Assembly: GCA_964234715.1 (NCBI GenBank)
Contig: OZ174283.1
Direction: 5' to 3' (one strand)
From: Podarcis melisellensis
Taxonomy: Eukaryota
DNA: 64,000 bases
Shown: one piece after another, positions 1-13,184 of the stretch
Numbering within the stretch: position 1 is the stretch's first letter
Layout of the letters: every line of letters starts with the position of its first letter
Position numbers and translations under genes: made by a program
Notes under the pieces: model-generated
What the model saw: the letters and a program-made list of their open reading frames with translations, nothing else
Database searches by the model: none
Told to the model about the DNA's origin: nothing

Positions 1-4
1 CTGG

Positions 5-97
5 TTAGTTATATGTCTTCTCTCCTGGGTGGGTTCTCTGATGCATTATCAAATGTGTTTTCTTTCTGAAACTTTTGCCATAATTGGAGCATTTATA
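5..97 (-). pseudogene. Degenerate Kruppel-type C2H2 zinc-finger fragment
   Basis: [30 protein letters not shown]-stop: second Cys replaced by Tyr, TGEKPY linker decayed, stop follows. Confidence 0.7.
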
Positions 98-556
98 TAA
101 GAGCTGTTCATGGACCCCGTGATCTGCCCTGTGGCCCCAAGATGTGGCCCAAGGATTGGGCTGATGTGCCCCGGGCCACCCAACAAGCCACTGACCCAGT
201 TGCATTCATCCCTGCAGCATTTCAGGGGGTGGAGCTAAGGGTTTTTAAAGAGTTTTTAAAGCTGAGTTTAACATATGGTTAAAATGAGGTTTAAAAATAT
301 GGACAGGAGGGGGTTTTAAGCCGGGGGATCAGATCCTGCACATTGCTGCTCCTTCATGAGCTGCTTCCTTATATATAAGAGAAGCCGCTTACAAAGGAGA
401 AGTGACTGGCACTGCTCATGATCGGCTCACCCTACTTAACACCTGTTACACTGGAGAATCCAATACTGTACTGCCTGGTGTTGATTCAAGGGGCAGAGAG
501 GTGGAGAGGCCTTGCTGGGAAAGTCATCTCCCACCTTCTCCCATGAAGATGCAGCC

Positions 557-819
557 TGTTAAATTGTGGGTGAACATATCAGACAACACAGCGATTCTTC
601 AAACAGCTCTTGTTTATTCACAGGCTAGAACAGAACTGAACTGAAGGGTTCAGCCAGCCTGCTTATATAGAGCTCCACTACAACGCAACTGTAACACTTT
701 CCGTAACTATCCAATCACTGAACGTCACTTTCAATCCCTTATTTGCATATGTGGACCTGAGTGAAAACTATCTACAGTATCCCCCTGCTGGCCCAGGGTG
801 AGAACTCCAGCATATAACA
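557..819 (-). mobile_element. Solo LTR (family A), reverse orientation
   Basis: TGTTA...TAACA termini, perfect 5-bp TSD cagcc (552-556, 820-824). Reverse complement of the LTR at 3241-3533. Confidence 0.9.
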
Positions 820-2953
820 CAGCCACTCTCTTTCCCACACTTTCTCCTAATTGCTGGCAGCCCAGGATGGCACTGGGCCACTCAACCCATCCGAGGTTGT
901 GTCAACACAACTTGAAGGACACCTGGATCCCACCAAATGGGCCTGATTTGGCTTGGGATTCAGTTCTCAACTGAATCCAGTGCAAAGCTCTAGTTTATAG
1001 AGTTCTTCTCATGTATGGATTATTTTGCATAATATGGTTTGCATCTACAGCTGTGTTGCTCCTACCATGTAATTGTGAGTAATCACCCAGAATGCCTCTA
1101 TATGTTTTCCTGTTGCCATATAGATAATATAATGAGATGTCTCCCAAATGTTTTGTATGCAGAAGCATCCCGGAAGTGTGCTGATACTATGCAGTAGTAT
1201 CAGGAAAAGAGAAAAAATTATTATATTTATTATGCTAATCATATGGAGGTAACCCAGTCATGTGTGTGTGTAGCCCTTCTGGGTTCCAGTGATGTAAACA
1301 GAACAGGGCAGCTTGTGAAACTATTTTGACTTTAAAGTGCATCAATTGGCTGCATTGCATCCTTGAAAGTCCTTAAATGTATGTATAGCTTTTAAAATGG
1401 ACAATAGCGTTGGTTGTTGTTCTCAAACTGAGCTTTCCTACTGAAGTATCACCCTGAGTTATGTTAAATCAGGATCTGGTTTTCATTTGCAAACAATAGG
1501 TATCTACTTCATACAAAGAACTATTTGCTGAGCTTTTTAGAGTCCCCTTTATTGACCACGAAAAATAATGTTGGTTTTCCTTGCCTCCCTTCAGAACTAA
1601 GGGCTCTTCCACACTTCCAGTTGTCCCATACCTAGAAATCACAGGTCAGAGCAATTTCCCCCTTGACACATGCTTTATAGGCAGAGGTCCAAGTGGTTTT
1701 CTCCTTGCCCTGATTCTTTCTCAGGGAAGAGATTGGGGAAGCACATGAGAGCGAAAATGATAGGAAGCTCCATAGGGCAAGCAGAAGCCCTTGCAAAAAT
1801 CATACACCTTGGTTGGACCACCAGTAAATAAACAATATGTTTGGTTCTTATATTCGCATTTCTCTCTCTCTGTTTCACACACACACATGCACACACACAA
1901 ATCGAATCCTCCATACTTGTATCTGATTCCCTGGCAAAACATCACATTTCATTTGGATGAGTTCTTTAACAAGTCTGAGCACATTCCATGCACACTGGTT
2001 CAATTTATTTTGTTTCCTCTCCTGGATTATTGCCAGTCACAGAGCATATTAGTAGGTAGCTGCTAATTCCAGGCCAGAGAAGTGGAGCATGGATCTTTGC
2101 CACCAGTAACCGCATTATATTTTGTCATCCTTTATTAAACAAACCTTTATACTAGGCAAAACCACAGCATGCCAAATACAGTATAACAAGCCAAGAGCAA
2201 AGAGGGGCATCTTAGGCAGTATCTACACAGGAACGTCTTACCTGCTTTTCTAAGCCTGTGGCTGAAGTGCACCTGAAATCGTGTGGGTCACAGTTTCTTC
2301 CTCGGCCATTATTACTTTGCCAATGAAATGAATTGCACAAGCCTGCTAAGCCCATGATCCCTCTGTCAGCAGTGCCGATTTATGCATGAGATCATTGCAG
2401 GCAGAACACAGAGACTATGCAATATGCAGTGATCCATATTACCTGCAGGAGCATATTTGCGAACTCAGATTGCCAGATGATCCCATGTAGTTATGTGGAT
2501 TGTTCTAATCTGCAGGCTACATTCCAGTGCCCTTGAGCATTTCCTCTTGAAAAAAGTGGAAGTGCTCCTGTTTCTGTGGAATAATAGGCGATTCAGTCCC
2601 CCTAGTAGCTGTCCCTTGTTTCCTTCATGCAGGTCTGTGTTGTTTTATGCTTTACAAAGCAATGTGGCCATCAGCCATCTCTAAAGAGTTGGTCCTCTTG
2701 TGAGAACGCACATCATGGACAAGTGGCTCATATTGGAGGGAGATGCTAATTTGAAGTGAGAACTATGACAGGGAAGCCATAGCAATGGCAGCTCCTTGCC
2801 AGTGACAAGAGCATCTTCAGGCTTTGAAATCACTCAGACTAAGAAGGAAAAGAGAGAAGCCAAGGAATAGTGAGGAGAGAGGACGGTTCAACACAAATTC
2901 TGGGTTGGGGCTTGCAGTATAAGGAGGACTCTGGGGTTGCCTTGAAGCACAGA

Positions 2954-3227
2954 CAGGGCCGGATTTAGGTTTGATGAGGCCCTAAGCTACTGAAGGTAAT
3001 ACGTGATATTTTAGGGAGCAGGCTAGCAGGCGGGGCCCATTACTTACATCATAGGAGCCTACACAACACAAACGCTGTTGCTGTATGTAGGTTTTATTGT
3101 ATTTGTTTTTTATCTTATATTCTGGAAATGTACATCCAGGGTTTTTTCCCTTTAACTTTTTTTTGGGGGGCAAGAGAGTGGGGCCCTAAGCTATAGCATG
3201 TTTAGCTTATATGTAAATCTGGCACTG
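2954..3227. mobile_element. hAT-type MITE
   Basis: TIRs cagggccggattta / taaatctggcactg; 8-bp TSD agcacaga / agcacagg (7 of 8). Confidence 0.8.
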
Positions 3228-3240
3228 AGCACAGGGGTAG

Positions 3241-3533
3241 TGTTATGTACTGAAGTTCTCACCCTGGGCCAGCAGGGGGATACTGTAGATAGTTATGCAA
3301 ATGAAGGACCAAAAGTGACGTTCAGTGATTGGATAGTTTTTATGCAAATGAAGGATGAAAAGTGACGTTCAGTGATTGGATAGTTTTAGAAAGTTGCTAC
3401 AGTAACGTTGTAGTGGAGCTCTATATAAGCAGACTGACTGAGCCCTTCAATCAGTTCTGTTCTGGCCTCTGAATAAACAAGAGCTGTTTGAAGAATCGCT
3501 GTGTCGTCTGATATGTTCACCCACAACTTAACA
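3241..3533 (+). mobile_element. Solo LTR (family A)
   Basis: TGTTA...TAACA termini, perfect 5-bp TSD ggtag. TATA box ctatataag at 3421-3429 and AATAAA at 3472-3477. Confidence 0.9.
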
Positions 3534-6068
3534 GGTAGGAACTTGGGACAGAAAACTAAAATGGCAGAACCAAACTAAGTACAAGGCATAAGGTAACCCT
3601 GCAAAAGGTGGTGCAAGATATACTCTATGTGGCATAGAAGATGCAGCCATGATTGTTTGATCAGGAGAATGGCATTCAGTCACCCATTCACTCATCTCAG
3701 AGTCTAGGCTCACTGTTGCTTTTAAACAGAGTATTATGAACCAACAGAAGGGAAAAGAGCAAAGCAGCAATCATGTTGCATAAGGAATGATGGAAGTCTC
3801 GAACTCAGTGCAGAAGAGAGAAAACAATTTAAAAAACCTGCTAAGACTGAAGAGGAAGAAGACAAGGAAAAGCTGCAACGTGCTCCATTATTTGTTATAG
3901 GTATAGAAAAGCAAGGACACAAGAATACATATAACACTGTGTAAAACACCTTTTCGTCAACACCATTTAATTCAAGGGTTAATTCTTTGGTGTAACTAGG
4001 CCTAGAAATCACCCTCCCTATGCCAAGGTCCAGAAGCATTTGTTTTGAACAGTAAATTTCACAGGGCGGCCATTTTCCTGTCTTCATTCTCCATCTTTAG
4101 GTTTCATTTAAGGGGGGGGGGCAAGAGCAGGGGGTGTCATTTGGACATCTGCTTTATGCAAAGAAGTGTGTAAGACTGATAGTGTTTTCAGTTTGACCTG
4201 CTAACTTCATTATTTAGACTGAGTGATGTCCCAAGACTAGATAAGATTTTAAAGGTGTGTTATAGATTTTTCTCATAAAGGAAGAAAGCCTTAGGAGAGA
4301 AGATACAGGGGGAGGCAGAAATACAATGGAATCTGATTGTGCTTTCAAAAAAAAAATCAAAACATTGCACAGGCTAAAGAAAGATAGGTATAAATTGGGT
4401 CCCTCATCATGGACACAGAGACCGAGAAACATGCTGTGACTATAAATCTAAGCTGCAGCCTCCCATTCTCAGCTCTCAGTGGTAAGGTGGGTGGAACTTA
4501 GCAGGTGTTTACTTCAATAACATCCTCCCCCAAGCCTGTTTTTGTGTGGACTTGTTTTTGGGTTTTTTGCATAGAAGGAAAAGCATTCAAAGAAAAAGAA
4601 AACGCTTGACAAAAAGAAATTGTATGAATTCCAATTTGAAAAGAAGCCAGAATGCTTTCATAGTTACTCACACCTACTCAAGCTACGTAAAAGCTTTAAA
4701 ATGGAAGTTGAAACATTGCTTAAAATAAATGGTGATGAATTGCCCTTGTTTGTTAATGGGGCGCATTTCCCCCCCCCCAATCTTTATTATGCCAAATATT
4801 TGCTATTTTCTGGGGTGTTTTCTCGGTGCTGTCATTCTTCAGTGCTGCATCGCCCTCTAGTGGTTGCAGCTATGGGCTGTGGCTTCCATTATCCATGAAC
4901 ATTGAGAGAAAAGACACCATTTTGCACTGCGAAGAAATACGGCATGGAAATGCAAAGACCTTCACAACAATTTGCCGTGCTTCCAGCAAAACCTTTTCAT
5001 CTGGACTGCAGAGTGCCAAATCTTCTGGTTTCCTTGCAACAAAGAAATCAAGGACAGGGCATGAGAAAATATGTTACAGACCTCTTTGAAACAAGGCCAC
5101 TGTCAGTTTGATGAAACTTTTCTACATTATCCCAACAGGTACTTAAAAGCCTACCCAAGGAGCAATCATTACTAGACACTTCATTCAGTTCACTAGGACT
5201 TATTTCTGAGTAGACATTGCTAGGATCGTGACCTACCAATGAAAGGTCTTAACCTACAAGGAAGAAAATCTTAATTAGCATTGCCAAGAATCTTTGGTGA
5301 ATGGCACTTACAACCAAATATCACTGGTGCACTTTGACCATTATGCTCTGTTAAGTGATTGTATAGGACCACCATTTTAATTCCACTTCGAGCTAATTGT
5401 GGGAATGCAGTGCCTCAAAGGAGCTCCAGGGTGAAAACAGCTTCAGAAACCAGAACATGTGGAGTTGCCAAACTAGGCCAGCGTGAAATATGGGACATAA
5501 CAGTGAGAAAAGGAACTATGCTGCATAAAAAAGCTATATATGGGTGGTTCTAGATAAGGGCTTAGTGTTGCATACAGGTCATTGACAGTGCTTTTTTTCA
5601 GGGGATACTCGAGGTTACGCAGTACTGGCGCCATTTTGTGGTTGTTAAAAAGTGTGGCACTTACTGTAACAAATTCATGGTGAGTGCTGGAACCTATTTT
5701 TCAAGGCGGGGAGAGCACCAGTAATTTAGATGTTGCAAATAAATGTGTGAACCCTGCAAAACACTTGCTTTCCTGAGCAGCACCAATTCCACAATAAACA
5801 CCCATCTGGAAGCACCCTGTCTACAAGTCCCACTCTGACTTCTGTGCTGCTGTCAAAACCACCATTCCCTATTTTCTTCTCTAATCCAGATGCTCACATT
5901 ACATGGCCCTTGTCATACATTCCCAAATGAATGTGGGAAGAACAAGGTTGACATGGATGTGCCACATTATCAAATATCAATGCACCCATCAGTCACACCC
6001 CTGCCAATTACACATTTAGCAGAAATGTGAAGAGACCCTGCACAGAGCTCGTCTGTGCATTCAGCAAC

Positions 6069-6493
6069 CAGTGGCAGACCTTGGGGTCGCAAATTTCAGC
6101 AGCACCCTGTGTGACGCCCAAATTCTGTGCCCCTGTCATTCTAAAGCATGGGTAGGCAAACTAAGGCCCGGGGGCCGGATGCACCCCAATCGCCTTTTAA
6201 ATTTGGTCTGCGGACGGTCCAGGAATCAGCATGTTTTTACATTAGTAGAATGTGTTCTTTTATTTAAAATGCATCTCTGGTTTATTTGTGGGGCATAGAA
6301 ATTCATTCATTCCCCCCCCCTGAAATATAGTCCGCCCCCCCCCACAAGATCTGAGGGACAGTGGACTGGCCCCCTGCTGAAAAAGTTTGCTGACCCCTGT
6401 TCTAAAGCATAGGTATGGGGTCTCCTGCGTCATCCCCCAAGGCTCCATGCCCTGTGCAGCTGAACCGGTCATGCTCCCCTAAATCTGCCTCTG
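6069..6493. mobile_element. Older hAT-type MITE interrupted by a nested insertion
   Basis: Termini cagtggcaga / tctgcctctg; flanks cagcaac / cagtaac. Confidence 0.55.
6147..6399. mobile_element. hAT (Charlie-like) MITE nested in 6069-6493
   Basis: TIRs catgggtaggcaaact / agtttgctgacccctg; perfect 8-bp TSD ttctaaag (6139-6146, 6400-6407). Confidence 0.85.
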
Positions 6494-7312
6494 CAGTAAC
6501 CCTGATGAGCCCCAGTGAGGGTCTCAGCATGTACATCTGTATACATGTATCATCACACTTCTACCAAGCACACAGCCAATGGATGGGTTGCTCAGGGTCC
6601 TCATTGTCATGCAGGAATGCATGCCAGCATGCAGGAAGTGTGGCTAGCAGTTGTGATCTAACTCCCCACTCAGATGTTCATTGAATGCTTGAGGCTCATC
6701 ATGATGCAGGAACAGAAAGTAAAGGGGAAAGTCCTTTTAATAAGATGCAGAACAGGAAATGGGGTACTTCAATAGCCTGGGTTGATATCATTCATGTAGA
6801 GAGAAAGAAGTGTGCTGAGAACACCACAGGCGATGATGGCTTTATCGTTCCATATTCAGCGCTCTTCAAGCTAGTCTCCATTTCCACTCATGGCTCCTCA
6901 GGTGCCCACTGAAATCAATTGGACTTTAAAAATACTTAACTTTGCCAGCATTGCATCTGATGTTCGGGCAGCATAGTGTCTGAATTTTTAAAAATGCCTA
7001 TTTTTCTTCCACACAGCTGCTTTCATCTAGGGAAGCAGGGCATTATTCAGCACCTGCAAAATAGGGCAGTGTTAGTCACTACATTTTCAAATCTGTTCCA
7101 TTTTTAAATGGGTCAAAAGAAGAAGAAGACTTCTGAAACAATACAGATGCACAGACCTGCTTGGTAGAGGGGATTAGGATGGGAGCAGAAATACCCCTCT
7201 GCCAGCAGAGAGACATTCCACTGAAGGCACCTCTGACCTGGTGTGTGCACCAGTTCAGCTGCAGATAGATCGACAGGCATAAATCTCCTGTTGGTAGTAG
7301 CTCCCCAAATAT

Positions 7313-7376
7313 TAGTGCTGCTGCAGGACAAGGGCATAGGTGGCCTAGTGCTGCTGCAGGACAAGGGCATAGGTGG
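7313..7376. repeat. Tandem duplication, 31-bp identical unit with 33-bp period
   Basis: tagtgctgctgcaggacaagggcataggtgg occurs twice. Confidence 0.9.
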
Positions 7377-8116
7377 TCTTCAGCTACAGCAACCTAGATC
7401 TCCCCTTGCACCCAAAACCAACACTAAGGAAATAAAAAAGATGAGGAAAACACCCCCAGTTCTTACCCCATCTAGCATGAGCCTGTTGGGCTTTGTAAGT
7501 AGGAGAATCACCTGCCACTTCACTCTGCCCCCCTAACTCCATTGGACTGCTCTATTACTCAGAATGCACCAGAACCTATGCTAAACTTCTTAGGCTACAG
7601 AACTATTAAAGGTGCAGGAGGCAGCGTTCAAAACTCCCATTGTTCTAGGCACATTTTGCAACAGGAAATTTCATTAGCCTAGGCAGTTTCTGAGCTGTGG
7701 GCACTCCTGAGATTTCAGATTAAAATTGCAGAATAGAAGGAAAGGAGGAGCTTTTTCTGCCTCCCCACTCCCAGCTACTCTCTGAAGACTGGAGAAGAGA
7801 CCCTCTGAAGAATATTAGGGGGATGGGCAAGGAAAGGACCAGACCATGTGAAAAATGAACATAATATTTTAGCTGCAGTTCATTCATTTTCAGCTTTGTA
7901 TTCTTGTTATGAAAAAAAAAGTGTGCCTAGACATTCTGTTGTTGTGCCCATAACCTAGGTTGAAGGGGCTGTTTAGCTCCTAGCTTTCATACCCCAGTCT
8001 CTACCACTGGCAGGAGTATCTCTAGAGATGCTGCGTCACATGATAGAACTGCAAGATGGATCTGTGCACAGCCATGTTCTAATCTAAAACATCATTTCTT
8101 CTACATTCCTAGTCTG

Positions 8117-8117
<1 letters not shown>

Positions 8118-8190
<73 letters not shown>
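8118..8190. repeat. Compound microsatellite (TG)n(GA)n
   Basis: Seen directly. Confidence 0.95.
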
Positions 8191-8196
<6 letters not shown>

Positions 8197-10134
8197 AGTT
8201 CACCCCCATTCCAAGGCATCAAGAAGGCAGCTAACAACTTAAAACAGCATGTTGATGGTGTTGTTGCCATCTTTGTTTCTGCGTTTTAAATAACTGTATA
8301 AGATGTAGAAATGTTTCAGATGTTGCCACTTTTCCCAGCATTGAGGTGCTTTGAGGAGGAAAGCGTCATCTCTTGCATGCATGCATGTCTTGCAGCTGCC
8401 AGGGGAGGTTAATATCAAAATGAGGTTAAAACCTGAAATTGATACAATATCCACCTAAAAACCAGCCCATGCAACACAAAATAATTCTAGAAACATTGTA
8501 TAAGCAACTAGAAATCTTTAGTATCCAGGACTAAACATGGTTTTAAATGGTCTGGGAAAATAAAAATCAGAAAGTCTTTAACGAAAAGAAAGGCATTAGC
8601 ATGCACACCAGCAGGCAAGCCTTACTGGAAAGGAGATTCCATTATTGGGGTGCCTGCACCAAAAATGTCTCCTCCTCAGTTCATAGAACAGCAGCAGCTT
8701 TGAAAGCCTCGCACCATCCTGCAATTAAGCCAACTAGAAAAACAAACTCTTCCTCCACTTCAAAAAGCCGTATGGTAAAGGTGCTCTAGGTCTGTTTTTT
8801 AATGAGTCTCTCTTTCACCACTGACAGCATCTTCCATAAGTATCTGTCTTTTTGCTTTTATAGAAAGATGCATAGGTACGTAGGTATGTAGGTACAATTA
8901 CATATGTGTGTGCAATTGGTAGAAGAAACTAACCAATATTTGCAACACTAGATGGCAGCAAACTTCATAGAAGGTAGACTGAGATATATGGCCTAAATTA
9001 AAATTTCTTTCAGCTGTGGTGTCTCTATGGGACTTCCACAGCTCAGCTGTTGTAGATTTCCTGCCAAGCAGAGCCGATACTTTTCCAATTCTGCACTTAG
9101 GGAGCTGCAAATTAAAGATTTGCCAATCATGTTGAGTAAAATGAGTGTTACTTTATTTCCTGTAATAATTATTAAACGGCATGCACTAATATCGTACAGC
9201 CACGTTTACAGTTAAGGGCTTCAGACTACAATCTTAAACATGCTTACTAGAGATTTATTTCCAAGTAAACATGTATAGGACTGTACTGGAAGCGAGACTG
9301 GTACATTTACATTTATGGCACAGAAGTAACTAGACCCTATTAAATCACATTGTAAGTGATGCACTGCAAAGAATCCATTATTCACATGATGTGAAAAACC
9401 AGGACTTCTATTAAGCACTATATAGCAACCTAATTTTATAATACAATGTATTTTATGCATAACCCCACCCAATGCATTTTCCCCAGCATATACACAAGCA
9501 TCTCTGCATGTAATCTTCCCAATAAAACTAATGTGTGTATCTTTACTAAAGCAGAACTTTTATTTCAAGCTGCCAGCCTCCCATGTAGCAATGAAGCAGA
9601 AGTGAACCAAGAGTGGAAAAGCCAGATGCTTCCCTAAAGATTTGTATCTTTTAAATGTAGGTAATAATTTAGAACGTCTGTTCTGCACTCCTTTCATTGC
9701 TTCATTTCTTACACAGTTTGAACATGCTGGGTTCATTTATCAAAGGACTTGTTTTCATGTGTGCAACAGCAGAGATGACCAGTCATGAAAGTTGGTCAGG
9801 CTTCTAGATCCCAAACCCAGTAATTTTTAAGGGGAACAGTAATGTTTTTAATTTACTTCACAGAGCTTTTTCTTCTTCTTTTTTTAGGGCAAAGACAGTT
9901 ACAAAACCGGCTTGAGAATCGTTATATAAGAAGCCACCAGACTCCACAAGTAGAGGAATAACGCAGCTGGAAAGATCTTCTGACCACTTCAATGCATTAT
10001 GCAGTCCCAGCAGATGCAAAGCCAATCAGTTGACTCCACCATCATGGAATGAATTATTCTTGGCATGCCACCACAAACCATGCTAAGGCTACATTCCTCT
10101 TTACACTTACCTGGGAGTAAGCCCTACTGAGTGG

Positions 10135-10793
10135 TGTTATAGATTTAGGGTGAATCCCCCTAAACCTTATAAATTAATAAATGCTAGGATTTGGGTTATT
10201 TGTGATATGAAGGGAGAATGCAAGCTGCAAAGGAATTCCTGGCCTAGTTTATGCAAAACAACCTGGCTGAGCTACGGCTATCAAAAGAACAACAGAGGAA
10301 CATTAACAATACAAGTGAACTCCTTCCATCTTGCCCCAGGTGTGAACAGAGACTGGAGATTTGGAAGGTTGCCAAGGAAACTGCTGCAGGGGGAGGATTG
10401 CTGGAAGGAAGAAGAAGGAAGAAGAGCTGAGATCCCTCTTGGGCAGGCTGGCAGAAGGTTGCCTGTGCTTCTATGGGCACCAGCGCCTCTGGAAAGGACT
10501 ATGTTGTAATATCCAGACTCCCCCCATGCAGACTGAAGTTGTAAAAGCCACAACAGTCTCTGCAGTCTCTTCCATTCTCTAAAGGGACACAGACCCTGTG
10601 TGGGTGCTTGGGACCCCATGGGTTTTGCCACCGCTCAGCCAAAAGAGGGGCAGGCACCCAGACTTTTGTAACTATATTTAGTTCTGAGTAAACATGCACA
10701 GGGGGGAGTGAACAGTAGTTTCCCCAAAAGTTGGAATTGGCACATTGTTCCCGGTAATCATGAAGACTAGCTCCGGTTAAGCAGAGACTAACA
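10135..10793 (+). mobile_element. Probable solo LTR (family B)
   Basis: TGTTA...TAACA termini; 4-bp flanks gtgg / gagg (3 of 4); AGTAAA polyA-like signal near 10687. Confidence 0.55.
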
Positions 10794-10959
10794 GAGGCTG
10801 TTTTATCTCTCCTGACACCAGAAGCTAACCATGTGAGTGCAGAAAACTTTACACATAGGAAAGAGAACTTGTGGCCTTCCAGATTGGATTCTGACTCCCA
10901 ACAGCCCCAACCAATATCGCCAGTGGGTAACAGGTGCATAGCTAGCTGCTCCAGCACCG

Positions 10960-11253
10960 ACAGCAGCCGGGGCGGGGCGATCTGCCCACAGGGGTGCTGC
11001 AGCGATCCACCCAGGGGGGCACCACAATGAGCTACCCATGGAGTCCGCCTTGTGGACACAAGCCCCATGCTGCTGTTTGGGGCAGCGTGGGGCCCTGAGC
11101 CACCGCGTCACTCCCAGTTGAGATGCATGGCTCGGGCGTGCTGCAGGCCAAGCCCCATGGTAAGTGCCGCCCCCCACAGTGTGCCATTTTGTCACCCCTC
11201 AGGGATTACACCCGGGGCAGAACGCACTCACGCACCTCCCTTCCTATGCCCCT
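10960..11253. mobile_element. GC-rich hAT-like MITE remnant (right terminus only)
   Basis: Ends cttcctatgcccctg, resembling the ctatgccactg terminus of the element at 49247-49392. Left end not found. Confidence 0.4.
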
Positions 11254-13184
11254 GGGGGGTCAGAGTGATGGGAGCTGGAGCCCCACAATAGCTAGAGAGC
11301 CACAGGCCTTCCACCCCTGGTTTACCCAGTAGCCAGGATTGGTTCTAAGGAGGAGGAAGAGTTTCACCTCCCATGCAGCCATCCCTCCTTGCCATCTGCA
11401 CTCACTGCGGGCTTCTGCGCAACCTCTCTTCATGGCAGAGGGAGGTGACTGAAAGAGCAGAGAAATTCATGTAGCGTGTATAATGGCTTTGCAGTTTCAG
11501 CACAAAATGTCCAGAAGAAACTCTGCCAGCTTTTTAATGCTCAATATCTGCCCCCAAACACCTTAGGGTGCTTCCAGACCATAGCTGTTTTCAGGATGTA
11601 TTCAATCACCGAATGGCAAATTCAGGTTGCACAGTTAAAGCTGATTTGGAGCTCTTGCCAACAAACTTACTTTCCTAAGGTTGGGCTTTTTGCAATAAGA
11701 AAAGTGAGATGGAAATGCACTGAAAAATGGGTCAACACTTGCTTTGCAGCAGCATCTATCCTCCCCAGAAAAATAATTAGAATGAATACTCATTAAGCAG
11801 TCATCACTATAGGGCCAAGTTCAAGGTGCTGTTAGTATTAGTATTATTATAGATTCATTTATACCCCACCTTCTTCCCTGACAGGGACTCAAGGAGTCTT
11901 ATTAGCTGTCTTGGGTTGCCATTTAGGATCAAAGAGGGATATAAATATTCCAATAAATAAAACATACTTTTTAAAAAATAAAACCATAGATGTTCTTCCA
12001 GTCCATTTTGTCCTGTATTAGTGTGCAATTAGATTGCCTAATTCTAAAAAGAAGCCTAAGAAGAAGACAGATTTGTAGTGAGGAAGTGTCCAATGGTTGC
12101 TAGAGAGGAAAAGTGAGACAGACTCAGCACGAACTGTCTGCTTTAGACCTGGACATCTGGAAAGTCTACTTCAGTGTGTGGACAAAATGGGGCTTCAAAG
12201 ATGTGTTTCTGGATAAATAAATCCCAGTGTCCCATAGCAGAAATTTGCACACAGGAAGCCATTCATGGCAAAGAGTGGACCCAGATGTTCCTTCAAAAAA
12301 AAAATGTTGACAAGCTCCAGCAGAAAACTAGAACAGGGAATGTGGCAACAGTAAGTACATAATGGATATTAAAATACCACACCTATCGTGGCTAAGTTTT
12401 TGTAGTTTTTGTCTACTAGTGTTTTCCTATCCTAAATCTTAACCCTAAAGTGTTATGAATAAGAAACCATGTACATTTTAAATGTTAAAGCCCTCTTTCA
12501 ACTTATTAATATTTCTTCAGCAATATTTTATAAAAATATGTGAAGTTAAATGCACTACTGTATGCATCTGCTTATGTGCTGGCTATTTTAGGAAACCTGG
12601 AGTGTATATGCATATAGTATTATCTGATCATCATCATAATGCATATCATATGGGAGAATCGTATTTTTAGCATAACTCATTTCTTGCTAAGTTTAAGAAC
12701 CAGGATGGAAATCTTAAAAATCTGTGTGGATAAGCCTGGCCTCATGATTTTCAAATAATCCATCCCTTGCTGCTAATGAAAATGCCCTGTCCTACCACCG
12801 CCATACCTCTGATGCTGAGAGAACATGGAGCATAACTTCTGTAGATAACTTACGTGTATGGGTGGTTCAGACAGCAGAAGCTTTCTTCAGATAATTTCTT
12901 GAGATAATTTCCAAGGTGCTATGACAACACACAGGCAGGCAAAGCTGATCAGTACAAATAAATAAAGAAGCAGAATTTGTAGTCTTCCTTCCTTCCCATT
13001 TGCCCACAATTTCTGTCAGCTGAGAAAACACTCATCACCCATCTCTAGAAACTTGTCTCAAATGAATGAGACAGCCAGATTGAATGAAGGCCTTTTTGTG
13101 CTTCCTTTGATTCATAATATTTTGCTCATTGGTGGCAGGAGAATCTCAGCAGCATCTTCTTCCTGACAGGTTTCAATCATCAGA

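Noticed and set aside
557-3533. One composite transposon or provirus bounded by the two LTRs
   Set aside because: The LTRs are inverted, each has its own distinct TSD, and there is no gag/pol sequence between them.
10499-11068. 189-aa minus-strand ORF
   Set aside because: It spans an LTR and a GC-rich repeat remnant, with no recognisable domain or splice context.
10938-11295. 8-bp direct repeat atagctag as a TSD around the GC-rich segment
   Set aside because: No matching TIRs inside, and the right copy falls within a fragment of the common small palindromic MITE; probably chance.
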